Shown in pieces: positions 11,738 to 23,913 of a stretch of 64,000 bases of DNA. This DNA comes from Okamejei kenojei. Lineage: Eukaryota. Where the stretch lies: assembly GCA_035221665.1 (NCBI GenBank), contig CM069134.1, forward strand, positions 54,870,001 through 54,934,000. Reading direction: 5' to 3'. A model generated the notes under the pieces. It was not told the origin of the DNA. It saw only the letters and a list, made by a program, of their open reading frames with translations, and ran no database searches. The stretch's first letter is position 1, and each line of letters opens with the position of its first letter. Both the position numbers and the translations under genes were made by a program.

Positions 11738-12265
11738 TGTCACCATGTTATAGGAAAGATGTTGTCAAGCTGGAAAGGGTACTGAGATGATTTACAAAGA
11801 TGTTGCCAGGACTAGAAGGTCTGAGCTATAGGGAGAGGTTGAGTAGGCTGGAAATCTATTCCTTGGAGCGTTAGAGGATGAGGGGTGATCTTATAGAGGT
11901 GTATAAAATCATGAGAGGAATAGATCGGGTAGATGCACAGTCTCTTGCCCAGAGTAGGTGAAGTCCAGGACCACAGGACATAGATTTAAGGTGAAGGGGA
12001 AAAGATTTAATAGAAATCTGGGGGGTAACATTTTCATACAAAGGGTGGTGGTGGGTATATGGAACAAGCTGCCAGAGGAGGTAGTTGAGGCTGGGATTAT
12101 CCCAAGGTTTAAGAAACAGTTAGAATGGTACATGGATTGGACAGGTTTGGAGGGATATTGACCAAACGCAGGCAGGTGGGACTAATGTAGCTGAGACATG
12201 TTGGCCGGTGTGGGAAAATTGGGCTAAAGGGCCTGTTTCCACTCTGTAAGACTCTATGACTATGA
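11738..12265 (+). mobile_element. CR1 LINE 3' fragment inserted into a Penelope foldback remnant
   Basis: CR1 ORF2 C-terminus (RMRGDLIEVYKIMRG; TTGHRFK...WNKLPEEVVEA) with a ctatgactatgac tail. pLTR halves flank it at 11676-11730 and 12266-12340. Confidence 0.88.
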
Positions 12266-12384
12266 CCCAAAACATTATCTATTCCTTTTTTCCAGAGATA
12301 CTGCCGACTTGCTGAGTTACTTCAGCATTTTGTGTCTATCACCTCCACAAGTTCTCCCCTAAGTCACACACCATTTTGATTTTG

Positions 12385-12623
12385 AAATGTATTACGGTGT
12401 AAATCCCAGCATCGATGTGGCTGGTCGATCTGGCAGTGCCGACGACAGACAGGACAGCAGCACCACACACCAAATGGTCAAAGACTCAGAGAGACTGAGT
12501 GGGAGGTTACACGTGGTCTACCCTGTTTTGACTAACGCAATCAACCCAACGTGCACAAACATGATCAAATAGAACAAGATGACCAACTTTAGGTTGTGCG
12601 CGCCATATGCAAGAAGAAGAAGA
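12385..12623 (+). mobile_element. Unclassified retroposon 3' end with an (AAG)n tail
   Basis: CpG-retaining segment ending gcgccatatgcaagaagaagaaga; family not identified. Confidence 0.35.
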
Positions 12624-12629
12624 CTTCAA

Positions 12630-12968
12630 GAGTGTCTGCTGGAGGCTATGTGCTCCACATCCAGAACCTCCCATAAAGCACAGCAAGACCAAAGCTCTGA
12701 TAACAGGGCAACATTTTCACTGCTCGGAATGGAGAAGCTGGAGGGACGCTGATGCAATCACTGCAGGGGCAATAAAAGGGCTACACTCAATACTGCGGAT
12801 AAGCCAGGAACCAGAGTGCACACTGACCTTATCTGGCAGGTGAAGTTGTAACCAGTGTGGGAAGCTTTGCTTCTCATGTACTGAGATCTACTCCTACAAA
12901 TGCTGCCAAACATTGCCAGCTGGCTGACTATATTATGCATCCTCTCACCTATCAAGACGATGAATGAC
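12630..12968 (+). mobile_element. Old RTE-like LINE 3' remnant
   Basis: WRSWRDA...CNQCGKLCFS...IYSY resembles the RTE C-terminal zinc-finger region; heavily decayed. Confidence 0.35.
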
Positions 12969-13139
12969 ATTCTCATTATCTTCTTGTCACGGGAAGTATT
13001 TCTTATCAAGTCAGTGTAAACTGAAAAATTAAAGAGTGTCAACAATTTTGCCTGTCATCCATCTCTGATTTTGAATCATTTGCTCTCTATCAACTAATAA
13101 ACCCTGGCCTGTTGGGCATACCCCACCGTCAGCGATTGT

Positions 13140-13854
13140 CCCTCTCTGAGAATCAAACTTATTTTGTTTATAGCGTCGCACGCACAGAAACAGCCCCCTA
13201 TGCCCCAAATCATCCATGTCAACCAAGATGTGTACACTAATCCTGTCTGGATTTGACCCAGAAAGCCCCTGTCCCACTTAGGCGATTTTTTCAGCAACTA
13301 CAGGCAACAAAGGCTGTCGCCACATGGTCGCGGGGTGTCACCTTTTTGGTCGTGAGTCGTCTCCTCAAGTCGCCTAACATTTTTCTGGTCGCCACTGGAT
13401 TTTGAAATGGTCAAAAATTTTCGGCAACTGTGTGCTTGACGTAGCAGCCGTCGTAGGTTGTCGCCAGCATGACGCAGGTTGTCGCCAGGTGACGTTGGTT
13501 GTCGCCGGGTGCTGACTTCGGTGAATACCATTGGCGACTACCTATGTCAACCTACGTCAACCGGCGACTGAATTGTCTTCAGTTGTCGCTGACAGGGACG
13601 TTGCTTGTCGCAGGTGGACGCAGGTTGACTTTGGTTGTCGTAGGTTGTCGCCTGTGTGGTCGTAGTTTGTCGTAGGTGGATGTCCTAATGGGTCACCGGT
13701 TGTCGGTAGCTTGACGTAGCTTGAGAATTGACATTCAAACATGAAAACCCAAGCGGTCACAGGTAGACTGTGCAAACTCTGTATAGACAGCACATGTAGT
13801 CAGGATCGAACCCAGGACTCGGGCGCTGTGTGGCAGCAACTCTGCCACTGTGTC
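13140..13854 (-). mobile_element. V-SINE split by a Harbinger-type MITE
   Basis: SINE tail part at 13140-13262 and head part at 13735-13854. Confidence 0.65.
13265..13720. mobile_element. Harbinger/PIF-type MITE fragment (left TIR gcccctgtcccacttaggcga)
   Basis: TIR shared with the termini at 28007, 31964/32467, 34773 and 38935; many internal GTCGCC/GGCGAC motifs. Confidence 0.65.
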
Positions 13855-14568
13855 CAAGAGCAGAACTCACTATCAAAATATGGAGGGGACCGGGGGACAG
13901 GGGGGACAGAATTTTTTGGCGGCCAAGCGTGTATGCGCACACTCACACACATGCGCGAGGCTTCGGAGGCTCAATCCAGCGCTAACTCCAGCTCAACTCT
14001 GCCTGTATCGCCGGGTTAACTACAGCCCTGACTGGACTGACTGCACACCAGCGCTGCTTCTCCACGCTGCCCATATTTCCCGCAAGCCCAAGCAGGTTCA
14101 CCAGGCAGAGTGAGCTGGGTTTAGCGCTGCTTCTCTGCGCTGGCTGTGGGCCTGGGGGTACAGCTCGCATCTGACTCCCGACCTCTCTGGCCACCCGTGG
14201 GGGGGGGCACTCGGGTGGGGACGGGACAGCGCCGGAGACCCGGCCGGGATCGATCCTGGCTGTGGATGAGGCGCAGGTCCGTGACATGTCTCCCTCCTCC
14301 AATCACCACACTATCCTCAGTCCCACCCACCCCCCACTCCTCCCTCCTCCAATCATCGCGCTTTATCATCATGTCCCGCTCCCATTGCCTGCTGACCGAC
14401 ATCTCTCTCGTCCAATCGACGCCCTCGATCGGCAATCCCACCTCCACTGTCTCGAGGAAAGTGGAGATTTTAAAATCCATAATACAAAAACTTGGGGGGG
14501 ATGTCCCCCACCTCTCAAAACATGGTGGGGACGTGTCCCCTCTGGCCCTCCCGGGTTTTCCGCTCCTG
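13855..14568. mobile_element. Non-autonomous hAT transposon
   Basis: Imperfect TIRs caagagcagaa / ttccgctcctg with a perfect 8-bp TSD actgtgtc at 13847-13854 and 14569-14576. A related end is at 58820-58862. Confidence 0.8.
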
Positions 14569-14613
14569 ACTGTGTCATCCGTACATGGCCAGCTTTGGGA
14601 GCTGACAACAGGA

Positions 14614-14685
14614 GCAGATGTAGCTCAGTGGTAGAGTGCATGGTTTGCATGTATGAGGTCCTGGCTTAAATCTGCAGCACCTCCA
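14614..14685 (+). tRNA. tRNA-Ala(TGC)-like sequence, probably a pseudogene
   Basis: 72 nt colinear with vertebrate tRNA-Ala-TGC: D-arm/A-box TAGCTCAGTGGTAGAG intact, anticodon TGC. The B-box is degenerate (GCTTAAATC), the acceptor and T stems are mismatched, and there is no T-run terminator. Confidence 0.7.
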
Positions 14686-15599
14686 GTGGTTTAGGACTGC
14701 ACAGTACGTACTGCGAATTTGGAATTTGAGTTAGATTTGTACGTGGTTGCAATCATGGGTGTACAAGTAGTAAATACAGCACATTCTATCCACCTTTGGT
14801 ATAAACCAGCATCTGCTGTCCCTTGTTTCTACTTATATATAGGAGATGTTTTGGGTCAGGACACTTCTTCAGACTTTATCAGAGATGCAGCCTGACCCGC
14901 TGGGTTACTCCAGTACATTGTGTCTTACTCTCTATATCTACGCACAGAATAACTGCAGTAACAAGGCATCTGCTTGAGATGTTCAGCCTTCACCTTGCTG
15001 CTGAGAATAGGCCTGTGAAATCAGTGGCATATTACCAATATCACAGGATCCATTCCCACAAAGGCACCTTAATGTCAGTGACTCCGTGTCTTTTTGAGGA
15101 ATGCTTATTTGCTTTGCTATTTTCTGTAAACGCAGGTGCAAGCAGTCACATTCCTATGCATGATCTCATCCTGATGGTGCCAAGCCAACGCACAACTATT
15201 CATGTCACCATTGACAGCTTTTCCACTGTGTTTGAATTCTAAAGTGCCCAAACAGCTCCTGTAATTATTTATGAATTATTTATGCAGCTTCCTGAGTGAC
15301 CTTTACTAAATTCACTTGGGGAACTAGCTTTAAGTGACCTGCTTTGAAGTTTTATTTGTTGACAGATTGGATAGGCTGCATTTAATGATGTGCTGGAAGG
15401 CAGTGGATCAAATACCATGGCATTGTCTGTATGCGAGTCTCCAACTCTTGGAAACTTTCCTCCTATTCAACAAATTTGTGGGGTCAATATGTTTTCCACA
15501 GACTTTTGATCAGGAAGAAATGACTTTAGTTAATTTATATTCCTTTTATACAGCAACCTTATTATTCACAGAGGTATTCTACAAAGTGAAACAAATCTG

Positions 15600-15903
15600 G
15601 GTGGAATGGCGACACAGTTGTAGAGTTGCTGCCTTACAGTGCCAGAGATCTGGGTTCTATCCTGACTACGGGTGCTGTCTCTACGGAGTTTGTACGTTCT
15701 CCCTGTGACCTGCGTGGGTTTTCTCTGGGAATTCCGGTTTCTTCCCACTCACCAAAGATGTACAGGTCCGTGGGCGAATTGGTATATTGGAAATTGTCCC
15801 TAGTGTGCAGGATAGTGCTAGTGTGCGGTGATTATGGTCAGTGCGGACTCGGTCGGCCGAAGGGCCTGTTTCTGCACTATATCTCTAATTTAAACTAAAC
15901 TAA
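15600..15903 (+). mobile_element. V-SINE (HE1-like)
   Basis: Full head, V-domain and tail structure ending in (taaac)n. Confidence 0.85.
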
Positions 15904-16563
15904 AAGTTGTTTCCATTCAACCATGAACTAGAAGTTGGCCAGAACATAGAAACACGTGTCCCGCTGAGTTATTCCAGCATTTTATGTCGAACACTCTCTT
16001 CTGAGCTCAGTTATGAGAAGGGATTACCCGGAAGACAGAGAGAAGATCAAGGATGTGCTCAAAATCTTCTTAATGAAATGCAACTTGTAGAAAATAAGGC
16101 AGCACTGTACAGCACAGAATTAGGCTCCGTGGGGGAGGACCACTGTTCTTGGAACAGAATGGCCTAATTCTGCTCCAAGAACTCATGAACCTCACCTGTG
16201 GCTAAAGAGGATACAGAAATCCCTGCAATCACATTGTTTGACTCACTTTATAATGTGAGATAAATTGTTCCACAGATTACTGGGAATCTCTAGTCCTTGA
16301 CCACTCAATATGGAGCGCATATGAGATGATACTGAGAAACTAGAGGCTGTGCAACAGGAGCACATGAAGGCTCATCTCAGGGAGAAACAAATCACCCATA
16401 CAGCTCCATCTGTGCAATAGAATGTAGGTCCCACGTGGACCTCATCAACCCCTGGACTGGATATAAACCATCCTCAATCCGGAAGGAATGCCGAAGAGAG
16501 CATAATCGTGTCAATATCAGCATGAGAAAATAATTTTATATAGGTAATGAACAAGCGATAAGA

Positions 16564-16655
16564 CTGAAGAAGGGTCTCGACCCGAAACGTCGCCTATCTC
16601 CTTCGCTCCTTAGATGCTGCTGCACCCGCTGAGTTTCTCCAGCTTTTTGTGTACC
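16564..16655 (+). mobile_element. 92-nt Penelope pLTR insertion
   Basis: Nearly identical to 7712-7803; 12-bp TSD caagcgataaga at 16552-16563 and 16656-16667. Confidence 0.9.
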
Positions 16656-16844
16656 CAAGCGATAAGAGATCTTCACCAGACCAAGAAGCTACGTAGTACC
16701 TTTACCTATTTCCTCTCTCTGTGTAGTACTGAGGCAACAGTCATAATTTTGTTTAAAATAATGCCTATAATCAAAGTTGAGATAACATCCAAGGTAACAA
16801 TTCAACCAGCTCAATGGGTCAGGCAGTATGCTATGGAGAGAAGA

Positions 16845-17429
16845 CGGTTGCCCACCTCTTCACAGGGTGTGGATTTGCAAAGAGAGTCTGGAGAGGTTTG
16901 CAAGGGTCCCTGTCATGATTTATTCCAAACGGCTCCATCACAGAGGACTCTGTGATTTACGGACTGTTCCCAGGGACGCATTCAGAGACTGACATCGAGG
17001 TTATCAACTCGGTCAAAGATGCTCTTTGGGTCTGCCTGAGCTTTTTTGACCTCCTAGGAGAGCGAGAAGTCCATCAGGGAATGTTGCCGACTGGCCCGCT
17101 GCAGACTGCAGGAGTACGTGATAAGGGACGCACTGAAGCTTGGTGCAGCCAACGCCAAGGCTCCGTGGGGGAGGACTACTGTCTAAGGTCCTTCCACTGC
17201 TGGATTGCGGGGCAGGGTGTGGTGGAGAAGCCCCTCAAAATAAGGGATGGAATTCCACGCCAGTGGGTCACATGAGTGGCAAGGGTGTGGGGTCAAATTG
17301 TGATTTGGGTAAACAGTATTGAATGTACTGTATGTATCGCTTCCAAGAGTGTCGGATGAATTTTTTGCACGGTTCCTGTATTGTATATATTTATTTACTT
17401 GAATAAAGTCTATTTTGAAATCTAAAAAA
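16845..17429 (+). mobile_element. Tx1-clade LINE 3' fragment
   Basis: TEDSVIYGLFPGTHSETDI..INSVKDALW and CCRLARCRLQEYVIRDALKLGAANAKAPWGRTTV* across frameshifts; AATAAA plus A-tail at 17402-17429. Confidence 0.75.
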
Positions 17430-17604
17430 CTATCCAGATAGGGAATTGGTAGATGATGCTTCAGGTCAGGATCCTTCCTCAGACTTTTGTGGCTAACCAC
17501 CATTGACAACGTAAAAGCTTTACAAATGCAAAACCAATTGATAATGATTTTGTGATCTTTTCATTTGTTTATCTAAGTGAATTTCAAAGAAAACTTGGAA
17601 ATCA

Positions 17605-17870
17605 AGAGTAAAGAGAGTCAAGAGTGTTTTATTGTCATACGTGCCAAATGGAACTGTGAAATTCTTACTTGCAGCAGCATAACAGGTTTGTAAACACAGT
17701 ACTCAATAAATAATATAATAAACAAAAAAAGTTCAGTCAATAAAAAAAACAATGTAATGCAAAATCAAAACAAAGCCTAAAGACCCTGGTGCGATGCTGA
17801 CAGTTTGTAGTTCGGAGTTTAGTTGGAGTTTAGTAGTGTTCAATAGTTTGATGGTTGTTGGGAAGAAACC
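17605..17870 (-). mobile_element. Rex1/L2-group LINE 3' end remnant
   Basis: Minus-strand ...aagaatttcacagttcc...tgacaataaa plus a short-repeat tail; similar remnants at 10950-11005, 20340-20405 and 31775-31898. Confidence 0.5.
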
Positions 17871-18628
17871 GGGACATTCTTAATTCAAACACTCATAGCT
17901 GGCTACCAGATAATTTTCTGCCAGTCTGAAGAAGGGTCTCAACCCAAAATGTCACCCATTCCTTCTCTCCAGAGATGCTGCCTGTCCCGCTGAGTTACTC
18001 CAGCTTTTTGTGTCTATCTTCTGAATTTTGAATTGAACTTCCAGATTTACGAGCCACATTCCTATGTTGAATTTTCATAATTTCATTGGTTTGTTGAAGA
18101 ATGTCTTTGCCATGTTTTCAGCTTCTTTTCACTTCTATTTCCTTCCCTGGCTTCAGGGCTCAGAATCGTGTAGTTCCTTGATTTTATTAATGTCCTGCAA
18201 TTTCATTTACAGGATTAGAAACAATTTAGTCTTTCACTCAATTAAATGGATGGGCTCCAGTGGATGACAGGAAAATATATGGTCTGTGTGAAAAATGGAT
18301 CTCTTGACTCAGATGCCTGCTCCAAGTGGTCATTCATTGTAGCTGAGCATGAGAAATGAATGCCAATTAGCCATTTGATTGTTGGAAACAGTGCAGACAC
18401 TGCAGACACTGCAAATCCTTTCTTAGTCAGAAGATAATTAGGGTCTGGAACACTAGCTAGTTTATTCCTCTCTAGCTAGAGGGCACTAATGATCATTTTG
18501 GATCTTGTGCTAATACTTTGAGATGCCAGCATTGATCTGCTCTGCTGTGCTTTTTTGATTGAAGCTGCGTTTCAGAACAATTTATTTGCATTTATCAAAC
18601 AAAATAGGGCCAGTAACAGTAAGATGTA

Positions 18629-18836
18629 GGGTACACAAAAAGCTGGAGAAACTCAGCGGGTGCAGCAGCATCTAAGGAGCGAAGGAGATAGGCGACGTTT
18701 CTGGGCAGTCTGAAGAAGGGTCTCAACCCGAAACATCGCCTATCTCCTTCGTTCCTTAGATGCTGCTGCACCCGCTGAGTTTCTCCAGCTTTTTGTGTAC
18801 CCTCGATTCTCCAGCATCTGCAGTTCCTTCTTTAGC
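18629..18836. mobile_element. Penelope insertion made of an inverted pLTR plus a pLTR
   Basis: About 73-bp near-perfect inverted arms (18629-18701 vs 18731-18802) around the hammerhead core; 14-bp TSD aacagtaagatgta at 18615-18628 and 18837-18850. Confidence 0.92.
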
Positions 18837-19434
18837 AACAGTAAGATGTACACAGGTCCATTCCTTCTCCCCAGAGATGCTGCCTGTCCCGCTGAGTTAC
18901 TCCAGCATTTTGTGTCTATCTTTGCGTATTAAATGAATGTTTGATACTGATTCATAAAAAAAAGGAATTAGCTCTGTTGACTAAAAACCTGGCCAAAGAA
19001 GACAGTTTTAAAGAATTTTTTTACTCATTTCCTTGTTTCTCAGAAACGTCCAAGCAAATTTGACCTTTGAGCACACTTGTTGTTTTGAAAGACATGGAAA
19101 CTATTTGTTCACTAAAATATCCTGCGCGCAGTAAGAAGATAAATAGGTAGCCAGCTCCTGTGATATTAATTTTGCCATCACATCTGGAAAGCTCCCTGCA
19201 TTTCAGTCTTTTTAAAGAAGTAAAGTTGCTACCTGCTATTTTTGGGATGAAGCCCATAAGGATATTGCTATCTCTCAGATAGGAATCTTTGTAAAGCCAC
19301 TTCTTGGCTCCAACCAAGTCACTTTTTGAGACAAAAGGTTTGAATTTTCTTTGATGTAAATCCTGATTATTTCTGAATGGCTAATGCTTGTCCATTCAAA
19401 ATATGATGAGAACATCACTGTATACTATGTGAAG

Positions 19435-20565
19435 AGATGCTGATAAAAGCTGCCAGACCCACTGGGTTACTCCAGCACATTGTGCCATTTTATTCAAGCC
19501 AGCATCTGCAATTCCTTGTATCTCCTGATAAAAGTATTACCTTGTTCTCTTCACTAGATGTGAAGCAAAATATTATCAACTGGGCATAATATTTTAGATA
19601 GCTGAGCATAATTATGCTTTTCACCATGAGATAGACACAAAATGCTGGATTAACTCAGTGGGACAGGTAGCATCTTTAGAGAAAAGGAATGGGTGACGTT
19701 TCGGGTCGAGTCCCTTCTTTAGACTCAAAGGAACATTTCACCAACCAGCTTATGCTGAATTTCACAAAGAAAGCTAAAATTGTTAAAAACAGAATTTAAA
19801 ATGGCAATTTATAATTGTACAATTTACAATTGTACAATTTACAATTTACAATTTACAATTGCACATGCAATTCTCCGATGAATTTCCTAAATGTTGGTCT
19901 GCACTCACGTTACATGATGCCAAATAAATTCAGTCTGAAGAAGGGTCTCAACACAAAATGTCACCTGTTCCTTCTCTCCAGAGATGCTGCCTGTCCCACC
20001 GAATAAGTCCCGTTTTTTCTGTATATCTTCGGTTTAAACCAGCTTCTGCAGTTCCTTCCTACAAAGTTCTTCAAGATCCTTGTTTGTAGTATATAAGTGC
20101 AAACTAAATCTCCCTCTCAACATCATGGGAAATAAAGTGTCTCAGTCTAGCACCTTGACCTTCTAGACAGCAATTTGTTAATTCCAGATCCTCTCAAGGT
20201 GCTTCAGCATGTAATTAGGCTCACACATCCACTGATGGAAATGCCATATTTTGGACGAGATGTTAAATTGCAGCTCTTTCAGCACCATTGCAACAGAGTA
20301 GCACATGAAGGACTGAAAGCTCACAACCTGTTTTTCCAGTTGTCAAAAGTGTTGAATTGTCACATGCACCAGCAGCAGTACAATTAAATTCTTACCTGCA
20401 GCAGCTTTTAAGGCACACTAATTGAACCAATGTAGAGATGCTAGACACAAAAGATTGGAGTAACTCAGCAGGTCAGACAGCATCTCTGGAGAAAAGGAAT
20501 AGGTGACGTTTCTATACAATGCAGAGATATTTCCTGACCCACTGAGTTATTCCAGCACTTTGTGT
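19435..20565. mobile_element. Cluster of Penelope pLTR remnants (19435-19525, 19630-19725, 19930-20063, 20442-20565)
   Basis: Homology to the pLTR at 7712-7838 in both orientations. Confidence 0.75.
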
Positions 20566-21880
20566 AATTTTTAGAATTACAAATTTAACAGACAGGCTCA
20601 GCTTTTGGAACACTAAATTATCTCTCAGGATGGTGATTTAGTGATCTGTGAAGAAGGTAATTTAAGATTCCAACAGGATCTTAATCATCTGGGCCAATTG
20701 GCCAAGGAAAGGAAGATAGAGTTTAACTCACATAAATACAAGCTACTATATTTTGGTAGGACAAACCAGGCAGTACTTGCATGGTAAATGGTAGGTGCCT
20801 GAGAATATTGTAGAATAGATCAACTGAGTTCCATGAAAATAGCAACAGGTAGACTGGGTGTTGAAGAAGGTGTTTCGCACACCATTCGATGTACAGTATT
20901 GAACACAGGAGTTGGGACATCATGATGAAGCTGTACGAAACATGGGTAAGGTCACATTTGGGTAACCATGCCACAGGAAGAGTCTCATTAAACTGGAAAG
21001 GGTGAAAAAAGATTTGTAAAGCTATTATAAGACAAGGCTGGATCGGTTGAATCATTTTCTCCTGGGGTGCCAGATGATCTTATAGATGTTTATAAAATAA
21101 TATGAGGCATAGATGAAGTGAAGAGCGCAATCTTTTCCCCAAACAAATCTAAAACTGGGTTTAAGATGAGAGGGTTAAGATTTAAAAGTGATCCGAGGGG
21201 CAGGATTTCATGCTGAAGATGGTGTGTGTATACAGTGCTATCCATAATGTTTGGGACAAAGACACACTATTTATTTATTTGCCTCTGTACTCCACAATTT
21301 GAGATTTGTAATAGAAAAAAAAAATCACATATAGTTAAAGTGCACATTGTCAGATTTTATTAAAGGCCAATTTTATACATTTTGGTTTCAAATTGTAGAA
21401 ATTACAGCAGTTTATACATAGACCCCCATTTCAGGGCACCATAATGTTTGGGATGCATGGCTTCATAGGTCTTTATAATTGCTCAGGTGTGTTTAATTGC
21501 CTCCTTAATGCAGGTATAAGAGAGCTTTCAGCACCTAATCTTTCCTCCAGTCTTTCCATCACATTTGGAGACTTTTATTGCTGTTTATCAACTTGAGGAC
21601 CGAAGTTGAAAGTCAAAGAAGTCATATTGAGACTGAGAAACAAGAATAAAACTGTTAGAGACATTAGCCAAACCTTAGGCTTACCAAAATCAACTGTTTG
21701 GAACATCATTAAGAAGAGAGCACTGGTGAGCTTACTAATCGCAAAGGGACTAGTAAGCCAAGGAATACCTCCACAGCTGATGAAAGAAGAGTTCTCTCCA
21801 AAATAAAGAAAAATCCCAAACACCTGTCCGACAGATCAGAAACACTCTTCAAGAGTCAGGTGTGAATTTGTCAATGACCA

Positions 21881-23709
21881 ATGATCAAGGGGATAGGAGG
21901 CGGGATTAAAATGCAGGTTTGTATTGCTTGTCGGAGAGGGATTTCCTCGGGCTGCTAGCTCATGAAGAAAAATCGATCAGACTTCCGTTCCCGGTTTATT
22001 TAAAAAAATATCGCTTGACAATTTAATCGCGGGATTCAAGTAAAAAGCTACTTTTAACGCCCTCAACACCTTCAATGTCACGGATCGCAATATCAGGACA
22101 AAACAAAAGGTATGTTGTTTATTTCACATATAATCTTGCTTCCTGGCGGGGTTTTAGTCTAATCTTAAGATGCAAAAATGTTATTTAGGCCCTATACGAA
22201 TCGGCCGTGACTTGCCTGCTGATATGGGCTTAAAAATTTACGGCAACGGCAATGTTCTAATCGATCACATTCCAGAAACACCCACTCTCAAGATGATTAA
22301 AATCCTCTTTTTTTTTGGACATGCATGTCATAAGAGCATTTAAATCATCTATATTTTGTGTTATTGTCTATCCATGATCAATATTTTTATTCTAAATATC
22401 CACAACAGTTTTAGTCACATGTATTGTGCAAAAAATAATAATTTTGATTATATTGAGAGTGGATATTCCTCGATTAATTTATGGGAATTAAATATTAAAT
22501 TCCTTCCATTAGGCATATAAGTTCATGACAGTGAGATTTAAAAGTCATGTTATATTGTGAATTTGTGTGTGAATGGGATCAGTTTGTTATTTGGATACTT
22601 AGGCTATTAAAAAAAAAATCCTTTTCTTAAGAAATGGATAGATGTTTAGATCTTGTAATTGAATTCAGATGAATTTAATTGATTAGATGCATTTAACTTA
22701 TTTGATGAAACTGATGAATATGAATTTGTTGTTGGGTATTTACTATTTGTTTTAGTGTTTAACTTTATAATTTCTACCTTTTTTCTAAAACTGCAAATAA
22801 TAACTTGTTTCTGTTAATGCTGTTCAGTGTTTTTTTCCTTTACATTTTAAACTGATGTCTCCGAAGAAGAAATTCAAAATTGTCGATCCAAATGTCCAGC
22901 AAAAGAAACTGATTTAGACAGCATTCGCAGAGATTATCCGAACTTGGACTACTCCTAATGTGATGATCTACAGGACGTTCTTAATGAGAAAGTAGTGGGC
23001 AGAAAGGCATGTCATGCGTGGTTTGAAGAGCAAAAACTTGTAGTTTACAATGCCAAAATTGAAAAATTGTGGAAAAACAAGGTGTACAGAGTTGCTTATT
23101 GGTTACAATCTGAGGAGTATGATGATGCTACTGATTATGATATGCCAATGTACCAGCTAACAACTGATCTTCTCCATAAAGACTTGCTCTTTTGCTAGAA
23201 ATTGTGATTTATTTACCTATATGTTACAGACTTACAGCATATAATACAATATAATTAAAGTTCTGATCTTGTGAATATCACATTTTTGAATTTTCAACGC
23301 AGTCTGGGTGTTTATTACTATTTCCGTCACAACGGTCAATTTTGTAATAAGCTACAATTAGGTAACTAACTAATTATATGATTTAATTTCAGGTCATCCA
23401 AGTAAGATGTTTTATATTTGTTTCAGAATGCTTCAATCTCCAATAACTGAAAATGTCATTCAGTTCTCTTAATTTGTAAGAAAGTTATGGGCTTTGGACT
23501 GTCCTCGATCACAGCTTTTGTGTTAAGTCAATGGAAAAGCAATAGCGAACAAGATGATAATTTCCAAGTATGAAAATGGCCATAATATTTTTTAATACTA
23601 AAGCTATGTAAGTGAATTAGGTATCAAATTAAAGTTATTTTTATGCTTTATCTGATGGGATAAATTACAGGCCTGATTTTTAAAATCTCAACATTTTGTA
23701 ACATTCCTA
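21881..23709. mobile_element. Unclassified DNA-transposon-like insert replacing the Tc1-A core (possibly Academ-like, ends ...gtaacattcCTA)
   Basis: 1.8 kb of non-Tc1 sequence between the two Tc1-A transposase halves. Only one candidate terminus is visible, so the class is a guess from TAG...CTA termini. Confidence 0.45.
22899..23198 (+). pseudogene. Coding remnant with a Spindlin/Ssty (Tudor-like) domain resemblance
   Basis: Frame KETDLDSIRRDYPNLDYS*CDDLQDVLNEKVVGRKACHAWF...YRVAYW...MYQLTTDLLHKDL with one in-frame stop at 22956; similarity judged by eye. Confidence 0.45.
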
Positions 23710-23913
23710 TTATATGCTGAAGAGAAAACTGAGTGGGACTAGCCATAAAAACAAGCATAAGATAAAGATGGCTGCAATACAGGCCTGGCAGAGCATCACC
23801 AGAGAAGACACCCAGCAACTGGTGATGTCCATGAATTGCAGACTTAAAGCAGTCATTGCGTGCAAAGGATATGCAACAAAATACTAAACATGACTACTTT
23901 AATTTACATGACA

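Noticed and set aside
19021-19317. 98-aa minus-strand ORF in unique sequence
   Set aside because: Non-ATG start, no recognisable motif and no convincing splice-site pair.
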